Assembly: GCA_965227775.1 (NCBI GenBank)
Contig: OZ245777.1
Span: 2,112,001 to 2,176,000, forward strand
Direction of reading: 5' to 3'
DNA: 64,000 nucleotides
DNA from: Phycisphaerales bacterium
GTDB taxonomy: Bacteria > Planctomycetota > Phycisphaerae > Phycisphaerales > UBA1924
Below the pieces are notes generated by a model. That model had not been told where the DNA came from. It did not search any database and worked only from the letters and a program-made list of their open reading frames with translations. Both the position numbers and the translations under genes were made by a program. This document shows positions 1 through 9,652 of the stretch, piece by piece. Numbering within the stretch: position 1 is the stretch's first letter; each line of letters begins with the position of its first letter.

Positions 1-4
1 TTCG

Positions 5-580
5 GTGCCGGCCGAGTCCAAGGCGATCTGGCCGGCTGCAGAGCCCAAGCCGCCCCAGGGGCCCGAGATCGGCGAAGTCGTCGACCTCATCGAGAAGCTG
101 CGGACGCACGTGGACGCCCAGGGCGGCCGGTTCGATCAGGCCATGGGCGTGCTCGACCAGATCCGCGAGTCTGCTGCCGCTCTGCCTGAGATCCGGGAGC
201 GGATCGACACGATGCTCGCGTCGATCGACGAGCTCAAGGCAAACCAGTTCAAGGGGCACGAGAAGGTCGAGCGAGCCCTGTCGGCCCAGAGCTCGCGCCT
301 CGACGAGATCTTCAAGGCCATCGAGCGGGCCACCCAGCGCGAGGAGAAGCTCGCCCAGAGCCTCGCAGAGATCAATCAGACCATCCTGGCCGTCTCGGGC
401 ACCAACGACCGCCTGGCGAGCGCAATCGACTCCATGCGTCGCCACGAGGCGGAACGCGACGCCCGTATCGGGCGAGCCCTGACCGGTGCCCAACGCTGGC
501 TCATCGTGCTCACCCTGGTCATGGGTGTGGGCATGATCGCGACGATCATCACGGCCATGGTCGCCGGCGGCGGTGGCTGA
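5..580 (+). CDS. Hypothetical coiled-coil protein with a C-terminal transmembrane helix; probably 5'-truncated by the window edge
   Basis: Frame is open back to the window start; heptad-like helical body; hydrophobic tail WLIVLTLVMGVGMIATIITAMV. Confidence 0.7.
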   Translation: MPAESKAIWPAAEPKPPQGPEIGEVVDLIEKLRTHVDAQGGRFDQAMGVLDQIRESAAALPEIRERIDTMLASIDELKANQFKGHEKVERALSAQSSRLDEIFKAIERATQREEKLAQSLAEINQTILAVSGTNDRLASAIDSMRRHEAERDARIGRALTGAQRWLIVLTLVMGVGMIATIITAMVAGGGG

Positions 581-660
581 GCGTCGCCCGACCCGCTCCT
601 GAACTATGAGGTTTTCGTGAGCTTTTGCCTACCCCCGCCTTGCGGGGGTACGGTTGCGCA

Positions 661-2223
661 ATGAACCGACGCATCCATCATTCGCTCCGCCCGCTCGCCC
701 TTGGCTTTGCTCTGACGAGCGTCACACTTACGGCTTGCTCCGAGGAGTCGTCGCCTGCCGACCCGGTCTCGACAACGCCTGCAGTGACGCCTGAGGCGTC
801 CAAGCCAGTGACGGTCGTCGAACCGATCGCGTGGTCGGGCAGCCAGACCATCACGCTCGATGGCGACGTGAGCGAGTGGCCCGACGAGATCGTCGCGGTG
901 GCGGACGCCCACTGGCTGTACCTGCGGTTCGCCTTTGAGGGCCCCACGCGCACCCTGCAGGGCATGAACACGCCCGTCTCGATCTATGTCGACGCCGACG
1001 GCAATCCTGAGACGGGTTGGACGCTGGAAGATCCTTTCGTACGCGGGGGGCTCGGCGCCGACATCGAGATCATCTTCTCGCCGCGAGAGGTCGATGCACC
1101 TCGTCCGGGTTCGGGCGTCATGTTCCGGGCTCACATGCCCGACGGCACGGCCCGCACTGTGAAGCACGAAGACCTTGGCTTCTCGTTCACGCCAACGCAT
1201 GCGGCCGAGTGGTACGAGGTCCGCATCGACCGGGCAGCCGCGGAGCGCCTGGGTCTCGATACCTCGGGGCTGGGTGGCAGTGGTCGTATCTCCGGAATCG
1301 TCGTCATGCACGATGGCCGCGGCGAGCCGAGCGCGTGGGCAGATCCGTTCGAGGTGGATGCGCCATCCGTGCAGCCGCACGAAAAGCAGGACGCTCGCGT
1401 GCCCGAGAGGTCCGACGACGCCGTGCGCGTGCTGGCGTACAACGTCGAACACTCAAGCCCAGTCAAGACGCCCGAACCGTTCGCACGCGTGATCAGCGCC
1501 CTTGACCCGGATGTCTTGCTCTTCCAAGAGTGGGTCGAAGGCGACGCCGACGCCATCAAGGCTTGGCTCATCGCCCACGTCGACGACGCGGCCGAATGGC
1601 ACGTGCTGAAGGGCCCCGCCTGGGGCGTTGCCGTCGCGTCGAAGCACCCGCTCTCGGTGCTCACGCCGCTCGATACGCCCAACCCGGTGAACGCTCAGAA
1701 CGCGCTTCGATTCGTGGGCGGACTGGCAGAAACGCCGCTCGGGCCCCTGGCCATTGGTTCGACCCACCTTAAGTGCTGCGGCACCAAGGACAGCCGGGAA
1801 GACCGCCAGCGTTCGGCCGAGGCGACCGCGATCGCAGACATGATGGCCGACGCGCTGGGGCAGGCCCCAGGAAGCGAGGCCTGGGGTGTCGTCATCGGGG
1901 GCGACCTGAATCTAGTCGGTTCCCGCCCGCCGCTGGAGGCCATCGCCGCCGGCGCCGACCTCGACGGCTCGCCGCTCGCGATTAGCGAACCCATGCGGCT
2001 GGGTGACCAAGCCATGTACACGTGGTTCGACCCGGGCAACACGTTCACGCCGGGACGCCTCGACTTCCTGTTGTACAGCGATTCAACGTCGGAGGCTGTG
2101 AACACGTTCGTGTTGGATACGAGCGTGCTCAGCGAAGCTGCGCTCGCGCGACTCGGCCTCGACGCGACCGACACAGCCGCGAGCGACCACCTGCCGGTCG
2201 TCCTCGACGTGCGTCCCAAGTAA
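661..2223 (+). CDS. Secreted/lipoprotein endonuclease-exonuclease-phosphatase (EEP) family protein
   Basis: Lipobox-like LTAC after a hydrophobic leader; EEP motifs AYNV, FQE, HLK, GGDLN, RLDF and ASDHLPV; ATG at 661 chosen as start. Confidence 0.85.
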   Translation: MNRRIHHSLRPLALGFALTSVTLTACSEESSPADPVSTTPAVTPEASKPVTVVEPIAWSGSQTITLDGDVSEWPDEIVAVADAHWLYLRFAFEGPTRTLQGMNTPVSIYVDADGNPETGWTLEDPFVRGGLGADIEIIFSPREVDAPRPGSGVMFRAHMPDGTARTVKHEDLGFSFTPTHAAEWYEVRIDRAAAERLGLDTSGLGGSGRISGIVVMHDGRGEPSAWADPFEVDAPSVQPHEKQDARVPERSDDAVRVLAYNVEHSSPVKTPEPFARVISALDPDVLLFQEWVEGDADAIKAWLIAHVDDAAEWHVLKGPAWGVAVASKHPLSVLTPLDTPNPVNAQNALRFVGGLAETPLGPLAIGSTHLKCCGTKDSREDRQRSAEATAIADMMADALGQAPGSEAWGVVIGGDLNLVGSRPPLEAIAAGADLDGSPLAISEPMRLGDQAMYTWFDPGNTFTPGRLDFLLYSDSTSEAVNTFVLDTSVLSEAALARLGLDATDTAASDHLPVVLDVRPK

Positions 2224-2236
2224 TCCGAGCAGTCGC

Positions 2237-2980
2237 TTACTTCGCGTCGGCCGACTCGATGAGCCTGATCTCACCGTCGTGTGTGCGTTCGATCAGCCCG
2301 ATTTCGCGCAGGGCTTCGAGCGCCGCGAGCTGTTCTGCCCGCTTCTTGCTCTGTCCCCATTGGGCCGGGTACTGGTGGCCGTCAATCTCCACGGCGATCT
2401 TGAAGCTCTTCGCGTGGTCGGGCCCTTGCTCGTCGATGACGCGATAGTGGGGGGTCGAGCCGAGCTGCTGCTGGGCGTGCTGTTGCAGCACGCTCTTGAA
2501 GTTCTCCTGGTGGCCCAGGCGGGCGGCCTTCTGGATGCACGGGTCGAGATGCGGCGCGAGGAACTCGCGGGCCGCGTCGAGCCCGCCATCGAGGTAGATC
2601 GCAGCGATGATCGCCTCAAGCGCTGCAGCCGCGAGCGACCTGGGCAGCGGCGCACCAGCGCGCATGCCCTTGCCCAGCAGCAAGAGATCGATCAGGCCCA
2701 TTGCGTCGGCGATGTCCGCGCACGTGCGCCGCGAGACGGCCGTCGACTTGATCTTGGTCATCTCGCCTTCGAGCAGGTTCGGGAAGAGCGTGAAGATGCG
2801 CTCGCTCGTGACGAGTCCGAGCACCGAGTCGCCCAAGAACTCCAGACGCTCGTTCGAATCGACGCGCGCATCTGTCACCGACGCGTGGGTGAGCGCCTTG
2901 ACGAGAAGGCAGGAATTCTTGAATGTGTATCCGATCGCGCGCTCGGCGGTTTCGATGCACAGCTCGCCGGAATCTTGCAT
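2237..2980 (-). CDS. rnc: Ribonuclease III
   Basis: ALTHAS, NERLEFLGDSVLG signature, C-terminal dsRBD (GPDHAKSF...SKKRAEQLAA); GAGGTG precedes ATG at 2980. Confidence 0.97.
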   Translation of the reverse strand: MQDSGELCIETAERAIGYTFKNSCLLVKALTHASVTDARVDSNERLEFLGDSVLGLVTSERIFTLFPNLLEGEMTKIKSTAVSRRTCADIADAMGLIDLLLLGKGMRAGAPLPRSLAAAALEAIIAAIYLDGGLDAAREFLAPHLDPCIQKAARLGHQENFKSVLQQHAQQQLGSTPHYRVIDEQGPDHAKSFKIAVEIDGHQYPAQWGQSKKRAEQLAALEALREIGLIERTHDGEIRLIESADAK

Positions 2981-3263
2981 GGACACCTCGGCATCACCGG
3001 TGCCATCCGGGGGCAGCCGGCTCGAACATCAGCCAAGTGATTCCAGCATCTCGCGGTCGACCAGCACCTTGACAGCCGACAGCGGGATGCGGGAACCCGG
3101 ATTCCTCCAGTTTACCCGATCATCGGCTCAACGCCAAGCGATTTTGAGGCCCGATATAGGCGTGTTTGCCCATTGCTTGGCCACGCAAAACACCGGGCCT
3201 ATACTTGCGGCCCCGCACGGCGGGTCGAATCGGCACACAAGGGTTTACCCGAGGTTTCGAGCA

Positions 3264-3401
3264 ATGCACTATCCCCGTCGCCTCAGCAAGCTTTCACGGG
3301 CCCGCAAGATGGGCTTCCGCGCCCGCATGCGGACCAAAGGCGGCCGCAAGATGATCAACCGTCGCCGCCGAATCGGCCGCTCGCTGAACTTCAAGAAGTA
3401 G
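3264..3401 (+). CDS. rpmH: 50S ribosomal protein L34 (45 aa)
   Basis: MHYPRRLSKLSRARKMGFRARMRTKGGRKMINRRRRIGRSL matches the L34 pattern GFRARM-x-T-x-x-GR; GAGG upstream; it is the tail of track ORF 2607..3401. Confidence 0.95.
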   Translation: MHYPRRLSKLSRARKMGFRARMRTKGGRKMINRRRRIGRSLNFKK

Positions 3402-3430
3402 CCAGCGTCTGCAGCTTATGACGGAAATCG

Positions 3431-3453
3431 GCCCCAGCCATGCTGGGGCTTTT
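3431..3453 (+). terminator. Intrinsic terminator after rpmH
   Basis: GCCCCAGC-CAT-GCTGGGGC hairpin followed by TTTT, between convergent genes. Confidence 0.7.
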
Positions 3454-3468
3454 GCATGACACTCGGAG

Positions 3469-5178
3469 CTATGGGATTGCTCGATCGAGCTGCCGCCGCA
3501 AGCGATCGGCCTCACGCTCCCGCCCGGCCGCTCGAAGCAGCACCTCGTAGCGCTCGCCAACGACCATAAAGCCACTCGCCCGCGCCTCGGCCTCCTGGGA
3601 AGTACGCGGCGCGCGATAGCGGCGATGCGTCCGGCCGTAGAACCCCAGCAACTCGTCGGCCCGGCCGTCCTGGGTGAGCATGGTGTCCAGCCGTGCGATC
3701 GCCTCGAGCGCTAGTGGCGTCTCGTCGGCGTGGCGATTGACGAGATCCTGGTTGGCCTTCTCGGCGGCATCGCGATCGCCCTGGGCAAGCGCGAGGTCGG
3801 CGAGCGCGAGCTGGGCGGCGGCGTAGCGGTTGGCATCACGGCGCGCGGTGAGCGACATCCACTCGAGCAACGCCTGCTGACCACTATCGAGTTCTGCGAT
3901 GGCGTCAAGAGCTGTCCGCGTCGCGAAAAGCGGCGAGCGTTGATCGAGCTTCGCGAAGAACTCGGTGAGCACGCGCTGTGCGCCATCTGGCTCACCCGAA
4001 GCATCGGCCAGTTGGATCGCAAGCCACGCTCGCCACGCGTCCGGGAAACCCGAGGTCGCATCGATCGCAGCGGAGAGGATCGCCAGTCGAACGCTCTCGG
4101 GCGCGAGCTTGGCGGCCCGCTGCAGGGCCCACGCAGACCGTGTTGCACTCGGTCCATCCTGGGCGAGCTCGGCCGTGAGCACAAGCTCGGCGAGCGGGAT
4201 CGGCTGGCTGTCGATTGGATGGGGGGTGCTGCCAAAGGCGACGCCTGCATTGTCAGGAATCGTGTCGAGATTCCAGGCGTAGCCTCGCCGCGCACGCTCC
4301 AGGAACACCGGCGCTACGAATCGTTCGTCGCTGAGGTGCCCGGTCGCGAGCGCGACGGGGTAGCCAAAGGCCTGGCCAAGCTGCTCGGCGTAGAAGCCGC
4401 GGAGCGGGCCTAGGCCGCCGCGTTGGGCGATGGCTTCGAACGTGAAGTCCTCTGGCGGCGGCGCCGCTTCGCCTTCGAGCAGGCTCGCCTGGCGGTAGGG
4501 GACCGCCTGGTACAACTCGAGCGGGTCGCGTTGGCGTCGCTCCTGGATGACAGTGCGGATGCCTTCGCCCGTGAGCGCGAGATCCGTCATGAAAACAAGC
4601 ACTTCGGCGGGAAGCTCGTCGAGGGGCATCGCCATGACGCGACGGTCCTGGTGTGCGAAGACGAGTGCCTCGAAGACGTCCGGTGCGGGCGGCAGGATTG
4701 ATCCAAGCCCCGGATACGCCCGCGGTCGGTCGAGGGTGACGGACACTGCCGCAGCCAACTCGGGATAGTCGGAGAGCGCAACAGCCTGCCCGGCGGCGAT
4801 GGCTTGGGCAATGGTGGCAACCGACGAGCGGTCGTTCGACTCCGATACGACCCGCACCAGGGCGCCCATGAACTCGGGGTGCGAAGCCCAAACCTCGAGC
4901 ATCAGGATCCGAGCGGAAGCGGGCAAGTCGGCGATCATGGCCACGATGGCGTGGTGCTCGACCGTGTCGACCAACTCGGACACCTGGACTGTTGGCCAGT
5001 TCAGGACCGCGGCGTCACGCGCACGCTCGGCCTCGCCCAACGCCACCGCTGGATCGCTGCCCAGTTGCGCGATTGCGGCCTCGCGTGGCGTCGCTGGCGC
5101 CGCGTCTTGCGCAACACAGATAGCGCTCGTGAGGAGCAGGCTGGCCCCGATGATGGTTGTAAATCGTGGGTGCTTCAT
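3469..5178 (-). CDS. Secreted hypothetical protein with helical/TPR-like C-terminus and a possibly inactive transglutaminase-like core
   Basis: Signal peptide ending CVA-QD; 569-aa ORF of normal composition; helical repeat-like C-terminus. Confidence 0.7.
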   Translation of the reverse strand: MKHPRFTTIIGASLLLTSAICVAQDAAPATPREAAIAQLGSDPAVALGEAERARDAAVLNWPTVQVSELVDTVEHHAIVAMIADLPASARILMLEVWASHPEFMGALVRVVSESNDRSSVATIAQAIAAGQAVALSDYPELAAAVSVTLDRPRAYPGLGSILPPAPDVFEALVFAHQDRRVMAMPLDELPAEVLVFMTDLALTGEGIRTVIQERRQRDPLELYQAVPYRQASLLEGEAAPPPEDFTFEAIAQRGGLGPLRGFYAEQLGQAFGYPVALATGHLSDERFVAPVFLERARRGYAWNLDTIPDNAGVAFGSTPHPIDSQPIPLAELVLTAELAQDGPSATRSAWALQRAAKLAPESVRLAILSAAIDATSGFPDAWRAWLAIQLADASGEPDGAQRVLTEFFAKLDQRSPLFATRTALDAIAELDSGQQALLEWMSLTARRDANRYAAAQLALADLALAQGDRDAAEKANQDLVNRHADETPLALEAIARLDTMLTQDGRADELLGFYGRTHRRYRAPRTSQEAEARASGFMVVGERYEVLLRAAGREREADRLRRQLDRAIP

Positions 5179-5250
5179 GTCGGGGATTGTTCCACCCCGG
5201 CATGCTCTTGTCGGCCTTGCTTGAGCCTTCGAGCCAGATTCTCGGAAGGT

Positions 5251-5820
5251 TCAGGAGCCGATGCGAACTCCCACGGGCTGCGGCGTCGCCTGATGGGTGG
5301 GCTGCACGGCGATTCCAAGCGGCACGCGCTTGCCTCCCGGGCCCTTGGGCGGGATGCCGTCCTGATCGATGATGCGCTGAATGGCCATGATGCCTTCGAG
5401 CAGCATCTCGGGCCTGGGGGGGCAGCCGGGGATGTAGACGTCGACGGGGATGAACTGGTCGATGCCCTGGACCGTGGCATAGGTATCAAACACACCACCG
5501 GTCGAAGCGCACGCGCCCATCGAGATGACCCACTTGGGCTCGGCCACTTGCTGGTAGATGCGCTGGAGTACGGGCATCATCTTGATGCCGATGCGGCCCG
5601 CGACGATGACGAGGTCGCTCTGGCGCGGGCTGAAGCTCATGCGCTCCATGCCGAATCGGGCGAGGTCGTACCTGCTCGATGCGGTCGCCATCAACTCGAT
5701 GCCGCAGCACGCGGTGGCAAACGGGATCGGCCAGATGCTGCTGCGACGCGCCCAGTTGATGACTCGCTGGAGCTGCGTGGTCAGGATGGCGTCGGTCGAT
5801 AGTGCGGCTTCGATGCCCAT
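5251..5820 (-). CDS. nuoB: NADH-quinone oxidoreductase subunit B
   Basis: ACCGIELM, SPRQSDL, EPKWVISMGACASTGG and VDVYIPGCPPRPE motifs. Confidence 0.96.
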   Translation of the reverse strand: MGIEAALSTDAILTTQLQRVINWARRSSIWPIPFATACCGIELMATASSRYDLARFGMERMSFSPRQSDLVIVAGRIGIKMMPVLQRIYQQVAEPKWVISMGACASTGGVFDTYATVQGIDQFIPVDVYIPGCPPRPEMLLEGIMAIQRIIDQDGIPPKGPGGKRVPLGIAVQPTHQATPQPVGVRIGS

Positions 5821-5881
5821 GGCTTCTCCGTGGAGCGTAGCGATGTTGCCCAGAACATCGTCATTTTAGACCGACTCTTCT

Positions 5882-6103
5882 CTAGCGATCCCGAGCCGGG
5901 CGGACATCCCTCTCGGAGCGGCGGGTCTCATTGATCTTCCGGTAATGGATGGGCTCACGCTCATACTCGCTGCGGAGCTTCTGGCTGTCCGCCCCGATGC
6001 CACGGGAGTCCACGACCTTGCGATAGCAACCACCCGCACCGAGGGCCAATGTTGCCGCGGCGGCGGTCAGGATGGAGGCCCGGATAAGTCGGCTGCGTGT
6101 CAT
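5882..6103 (-). CDS. Small putative lipoprotein (73 aa)
   Basis: MTRSRLIRASILTAAAATLALGAGGC leader with Cys; ATG overlaps the YihY stop (ATGA). Confidence 0.7.
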   Translation of the reverse strand: MTRSRLIRASILTAAAATLALGAGGCYRKVVDSRGIGADSQKLRSEYEREPIHYRKINETRRSERDVRPARDR

Positions 6104-7635
6104 GATTCCTCGCGTTTCTGCCCGTCCTTCGATACCTCGGCCGAAGCGTCTTGGTCCTTGGGGACTTCCGCCAGTCGCGATTGTAGGGTTTCTTCTCCGA
6201 GCGATTGGACTGCCGAACGGCACAACTGCGAGGCCGCCGACCCCTGCCTGGAGGCCGATGGCGACGGGGCTGCAGTGGCAATGTCGGCCAGCTTGATCCG
6301 GTCTGCGGGCTTGGAGAGGGTGAAACCGCCGCCGTTGTCGAGTTGCTTGACGATTCCGCCGCGTTGCAGGGCCTCGATGATCCGCGTGCACTGGTCGTTG
6401 GCCAATGCCAATTCGTCCGCGACATCGGAGGTCCGAGCGCCCTGGCCGATCACGAATCGTCTGCCGATCGCGGTCGCGGCGTCGATGAGCACGCCCGGCC
6501 CGGCGAGCATCAGGGAAGACTCGTCGGCGTCTTCGTCCTGTTCGATGCCGTCCTCGAGCATCTGCACGCCGTACGCGACCTGCAGCCCGAACAGGATGAT
6601 GAGCCACGTCAGGAACACCCACAGCATAAAGATGGGAATGAGCGCAAGCGAGCCGTAGAGCGTGGCGTATGTCGAGTTGGTCGAAAAGCCGAGGTATTGC
6701 GTGAAGCCCCACTTGGCCGCCTCCCAGCCGACGGCAGCCACGGTGGCGCCCGCAAGGGTTGGGCGCAGTCGAAGGCGGCGGTTGGGCAGGATCATGTACG
6801 CCAGGGTCAGCAGACTGGTGCTGATAGCCACGGTCACGAAGAATCCGGCGGCGCCGACGATGAAGCGGCCGAACGCGTCGCCCTCGCCGGCCATGGCCTT
6901 AATCCATTCTCGGAATTGCACGCTAACGAGGAACGTCAGCGCGATGAGGATGGCGCCGAGCGTCATGAGCGTCCAGTACTGCGTGATGCGGCGGGTCCAA
7001 CTTCGTCCCGATTTGGCGCGGCAAACCTGGTTGAAGCAGCGTTCGACCTCGACCACCATCGCGAGTGCGGCGTAGATCAGTACGAGCCCGCCAACAAGCC
7101 CGATGGCGTCAAATCTCACCGAGCCGAACTTGTCGACCCAGATCTGCAAGAGCCCTTCGAGGCTGTCAGGGGTTGACCCCGCCGACTCGGAATCACCAGC
7201 ACCGTCTAGGCCCTGCTCCTGGGCATCCTCCGGTGCGGCCACCATTGCCAACGCCGCGTGCATGCGCAGCGATGAGGTGAACGGGCCGGGCATCATGAGC
7301 ACGCCCGCGGGCGAAGGTTGCACGGTCGCATCGTTGCCTTGGTCGTTGGGCGTGGTCTTGCTGACTTCTGCCTCGATCACTTCCGCGATGCCAGTGAACT
7401 GGAGGGCCTGCTCCATTAGGCGCTTCAGGTCGTCGTCGCCTACGAACATCCGCACGATGACCAGGGCGACGATGCTGATCGGAAGCAGCCCGAACAGCGT
7501 GCGGTAGGCGAGTGCGGCGGCCATCTGTGGCAAGCGGCTCTTCAGGAGCGAGCGCAACGCCATCCGGCTGACGTACGTTGCGCGGGCCATCTCTTCGCTG
7601 CTGGGCAAACGCAGCCAGTCGGGCAATCCAGACAT
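6100..7635 (-). CDS. YihY/BrkB family membrane protein with a C-terminal Rrf2-like winged helix
   Basis: AAALAYRTLFGLLP, YATLYGSLALIPIFMLWVFLTWLIILFG; C-terminal LQRGGIV...GGFTLSKPADRIKLADI. Confidence 0.9.
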   Translation of the reverse strand: MSGLPDWLRLPSSEEMARATYVSRMALRSLLKSRLPQMAAALAYRTLFGLLPISIVALVIVRMFVGDDDLKRLMEQALQFTGIAEVIEAEVSKTTPNDQGNDATVQPSPAGVLMMPGPFTSSLRMHAALAMVAAPEDAQEQGLDGAGDSESAGSTPDSLEGLLQIWVDKFGSVRFDAIGLVGGLVLIYAALAMVVEVERCFNQVCRAKSGRSWTRRITQYWTLMTLGAILIALTFLVSVQFREWIKAMAGEGDAFGRFIVGAAGFFVTVAISTSLLTLAYMILPNRRLRLRPTLAGATVAAVGWEAAKWGFTQYLGFSTNSTYATLYGSLALIPIFMLWVFLTWLIILFGLQVAYGVQMLEDGIEQDEDADESSLMLAGPGVLIDAATAIGRRFVIGQGARTSDVADELALANDQCTRIIEALQRGGIVKQLDNGGGFTLSKPADRIKLADIATAAPSPSASRQGSAASQLCRSAVQSLGEETLQSRLAEVPKDQDASAEVSKDGQKREES

Positions 7636-7638
7636 GGG

Positions 7639-8481
7639 CTACGACCTCCCCGTTCGCGGCTTGCTTGGCGGGCCGCGTCGTCCGCTCTCGAGCAAGCCAA
7701 CGGCCTTCTTGAGGGCCTTGAGCTCGCTGGGGCGGATGTCGCGCCAGTGGCCGCGACGGAGGTCGGCGAGTTTGACCGGACCGATGGCGACACGCTCGAG
7801 CTTGCGGACCGGGCAGCCGACCCTCGCCAACACGCGGCGGACTTCGCGGTTGCGCCCTTCGGTGAGCGTGATCTCGAGGTGGGCCCGGTCACGCAGTTGC
7901 TTCGTCACCGTGACCTGCACTGGCTGCGTGCGTTCGGCGCCCCTGGTCTTGCCTTGCGTGCGGTGGGCCAGTACGACGCCGCGCTCGAGGTCGGCCAAAC
8001 TCTCCTTGGTCATCGCGCCGCTGACGATGGCCCGGTAGGTCTTGGGGATCTCGAACCTCGGATGGGCCAGGCGATTGGCGAGTTCGCCGTCATTGGTGAG
8101 GATGAGCAGGCCGGTGGTGTCGTAGTCGAGCCGGCCGACTGGAAAGAGCCTCGGGGCCAGCGGGTGCTGCACGATGTCGAGAACGGTGCGGCGATCCATG
8201 CCCGGCTCGTCGGCTGCAGTCGTGAGCGTTGCTGTTGGCTTGTTCAGCAGTACCGTGACCGTGGCATCGGGTGTACGGATGCGGCGGCCATTGACCCGGA
8301 TATCGTCTCGAAGGGGATCGGCAAACGACGGCAGGTCGGTGACGATCTGCCCGTTGACCTCGACGTGCCCTTCACGAATGAGCTGCTCGCACGCGCGGCG
8401 GCTAGCGACGCCAGCATCCGCGAGCACGCGATGCAGACGGTCTTGTCCCTTTGGGGCGGCGGTAGAGTCGGGCTGGGGCAC
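7639..8481 (-). CDS. rluB: rRNA pseudouridine synthase, RsuA/RluB family
   Basis: S4 domain (RLHRVLADAGVASRRACE), FPVGRLDYDTTGLLILTNDG, EGRNREVRR; exact paralog uncertain. Confidence 0.85.
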   Translation of the reverse strand: MPQPDSTAAPKGQDRLHRVLADAGVASRRACEQLIREGHVEVNGQIVTDLPSFADPLRDDIRVNGRRIRTPDATVTVLLNKPTATLTTAADEPGMDRRTVLDIVQHPLAPRLFPVGRLDYDTTGLLILTNDGELANRLAHPRFEIPKTYRAIVSGAMTKESLADLERGVVLAHRTQGKTRGAERTQPVQVTVTKQLRDRAHLEITLTEGRNREVRRVLARVGCPVRKLERVAIGPVKLADLRRGHWRDIRPSELKALKKAVGLLESGRRGPPSKPRTGRS

Positions 8482-8741
8482 GCCGGATAGTACGCGAGCG
8501 TCGCCCCTGATCGGGATTGGTGGTGGTTAGGCCGGCGTCGATTCGGACCAGACGGCCAACTCGTCGATCACGCAGCGGGCGAGCGAGAGCGGCTCGAGTG
8601 CATTCCTCATCACTCGAAGCGCCGTTCCCCTGCATCTTCGCAGAAGATGCGTGTGATCGCACCGAGCCGTTGATCGATTCTGGCGCGTTCCTTCGCGCCG
8701 ATACTCGGCGACGCCGAATTGCGTCGATTTCACTACGTGCA

Positions 8742-8773
8742 ATGGCCCGCCCCAGGGAGAAAGGGCGGGCCAT
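8742..8773. terminator. GC-rich hairpin downstream of the dockerin gene
   Basis: ATGGCCCGCCC-N10-GGGCGGGCCAT inverted repeat; no clear U tract. Confidence 0.5.
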
Positions 8774-8807
8774 CGCGGATAGGAAGACACTCTGTGCGTT
8801 GAGCTGC

Positions 8808-9599
8808 TCAGCAGCCCGCGTCGAACTCGTTCTGGAAGGCCAGGAAGTCGAAGAGCGTGAGGCTGCCGTCGCCGTCGAAGTCGGCTGCGAGGTCGCCGGC
8901 GTCGAAGGCGTTCTGAAAGGCCAGGAAGTCGAAGAGCGTAAGCGAACCGTCGCCGTCGAAATCGGCTCGGCAACCGCTGCCGGTGCCAAACTCGATGTCA
9001 TCAATCAAGATACGCGGCAGGCTGAACTCGCTGCCGAACGTGGCGTAGAGGTGCAGTTCGTCAAACTCGACGCCTGAGATCGAGAGCTCGCCCAGCGCGA
9101 TGCTGTCGCGTCCGCCACCATCACGGATGGTGATCGTGTCAGAGCTGCCCACGACCTCGCCCAGTCGGATGGCGTCAAGGTGGAAGACGATGCCGCCCCA
9201 CGGGCCGTCCTGGTAATAGGCGATGTCCATGGTGACGCTCGTCTGGTCTTCGTCGAGCACGATCGTCGCGGAGGAGATGCGACCGATCGAGAGGTTCTCA
9301 CCCGGCACGAACGCGTTGGCGAAGGTGAGAGCGTTCACTGGGCTGCCCCAGGCCGGGAAGTCGTTGTAGAAGAATGTCGCGTCTTCGATAACGACCTCGT
9401 CAAACTCCTGCGGTCCGAAGACCGAGCCGTCCGGGAACACGCCAGAGACCTGGTTGATGTCCTGGAAGAACATGCCCGCATACTCGAACGTCGAGCCCTG
9501 GAAGCCCTCGGCAAGGTCTTCGAAGTCGACGGTTTGCGCGAGTGCGGCGGTAGGGGCTGCGAGCAGGGTGGCAATGGCTGCGGTGCAAATCTTGGTCAT
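8808..9599 (-). CDS. Secreted GC-type dockerin domain-anchored protein
   Basis: Signal peptide MTKICTAAIATLLAAPTAALA; C-terminal twin repeat DFDGDGSLTLFDFLAFQNxFDAG ending in GC; GGAGG upstream of ATG 9599. Confidence 0.9.
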   Translation of the reverse strand: MTKICTAAIATLLAAPTAALAQTVDFEDLAEGFQGSTFEYAGMFFQDINQVSGVFPDGSVFGPQEFDEVVIEDATFFYNDFPAWGSPVNALTFANAFVPGENLSIGRISSATIVLDEDQTSVTMDIAYYQDGPWGGIVFHLDAIRLGEVVGSSDTITIRDGGGRDSIALGELSISGVEFDELHLYATFGSEFSLPRILIDDIEFGTGSGCRADFDGDGSLTLFDFLAFQNAFDAGDLAADFDGDGSLTLFDFLAFQNEFDAGC

Positions 9600-9652
9600 T
9601 TCGAGCCTCCGGTGGTGTGCGAATCGGCCCCCAGGGTGATGAGAATTGATGG

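Noticed and set aside
3000..3460. Replication origin near rpmH
   Set aside because: No dnaA/dnaN, no clear TTATCCACA cluster and no AT-rich unwinding element seen
8810..8965. Tandem ~69-bp DNA repeat as a CRISPR or mobile repeat
   Set aside because: It encodes the two halves of the dockerin domain; no spacers or cas genes. No CRISPR array was seen anywhere in the window.
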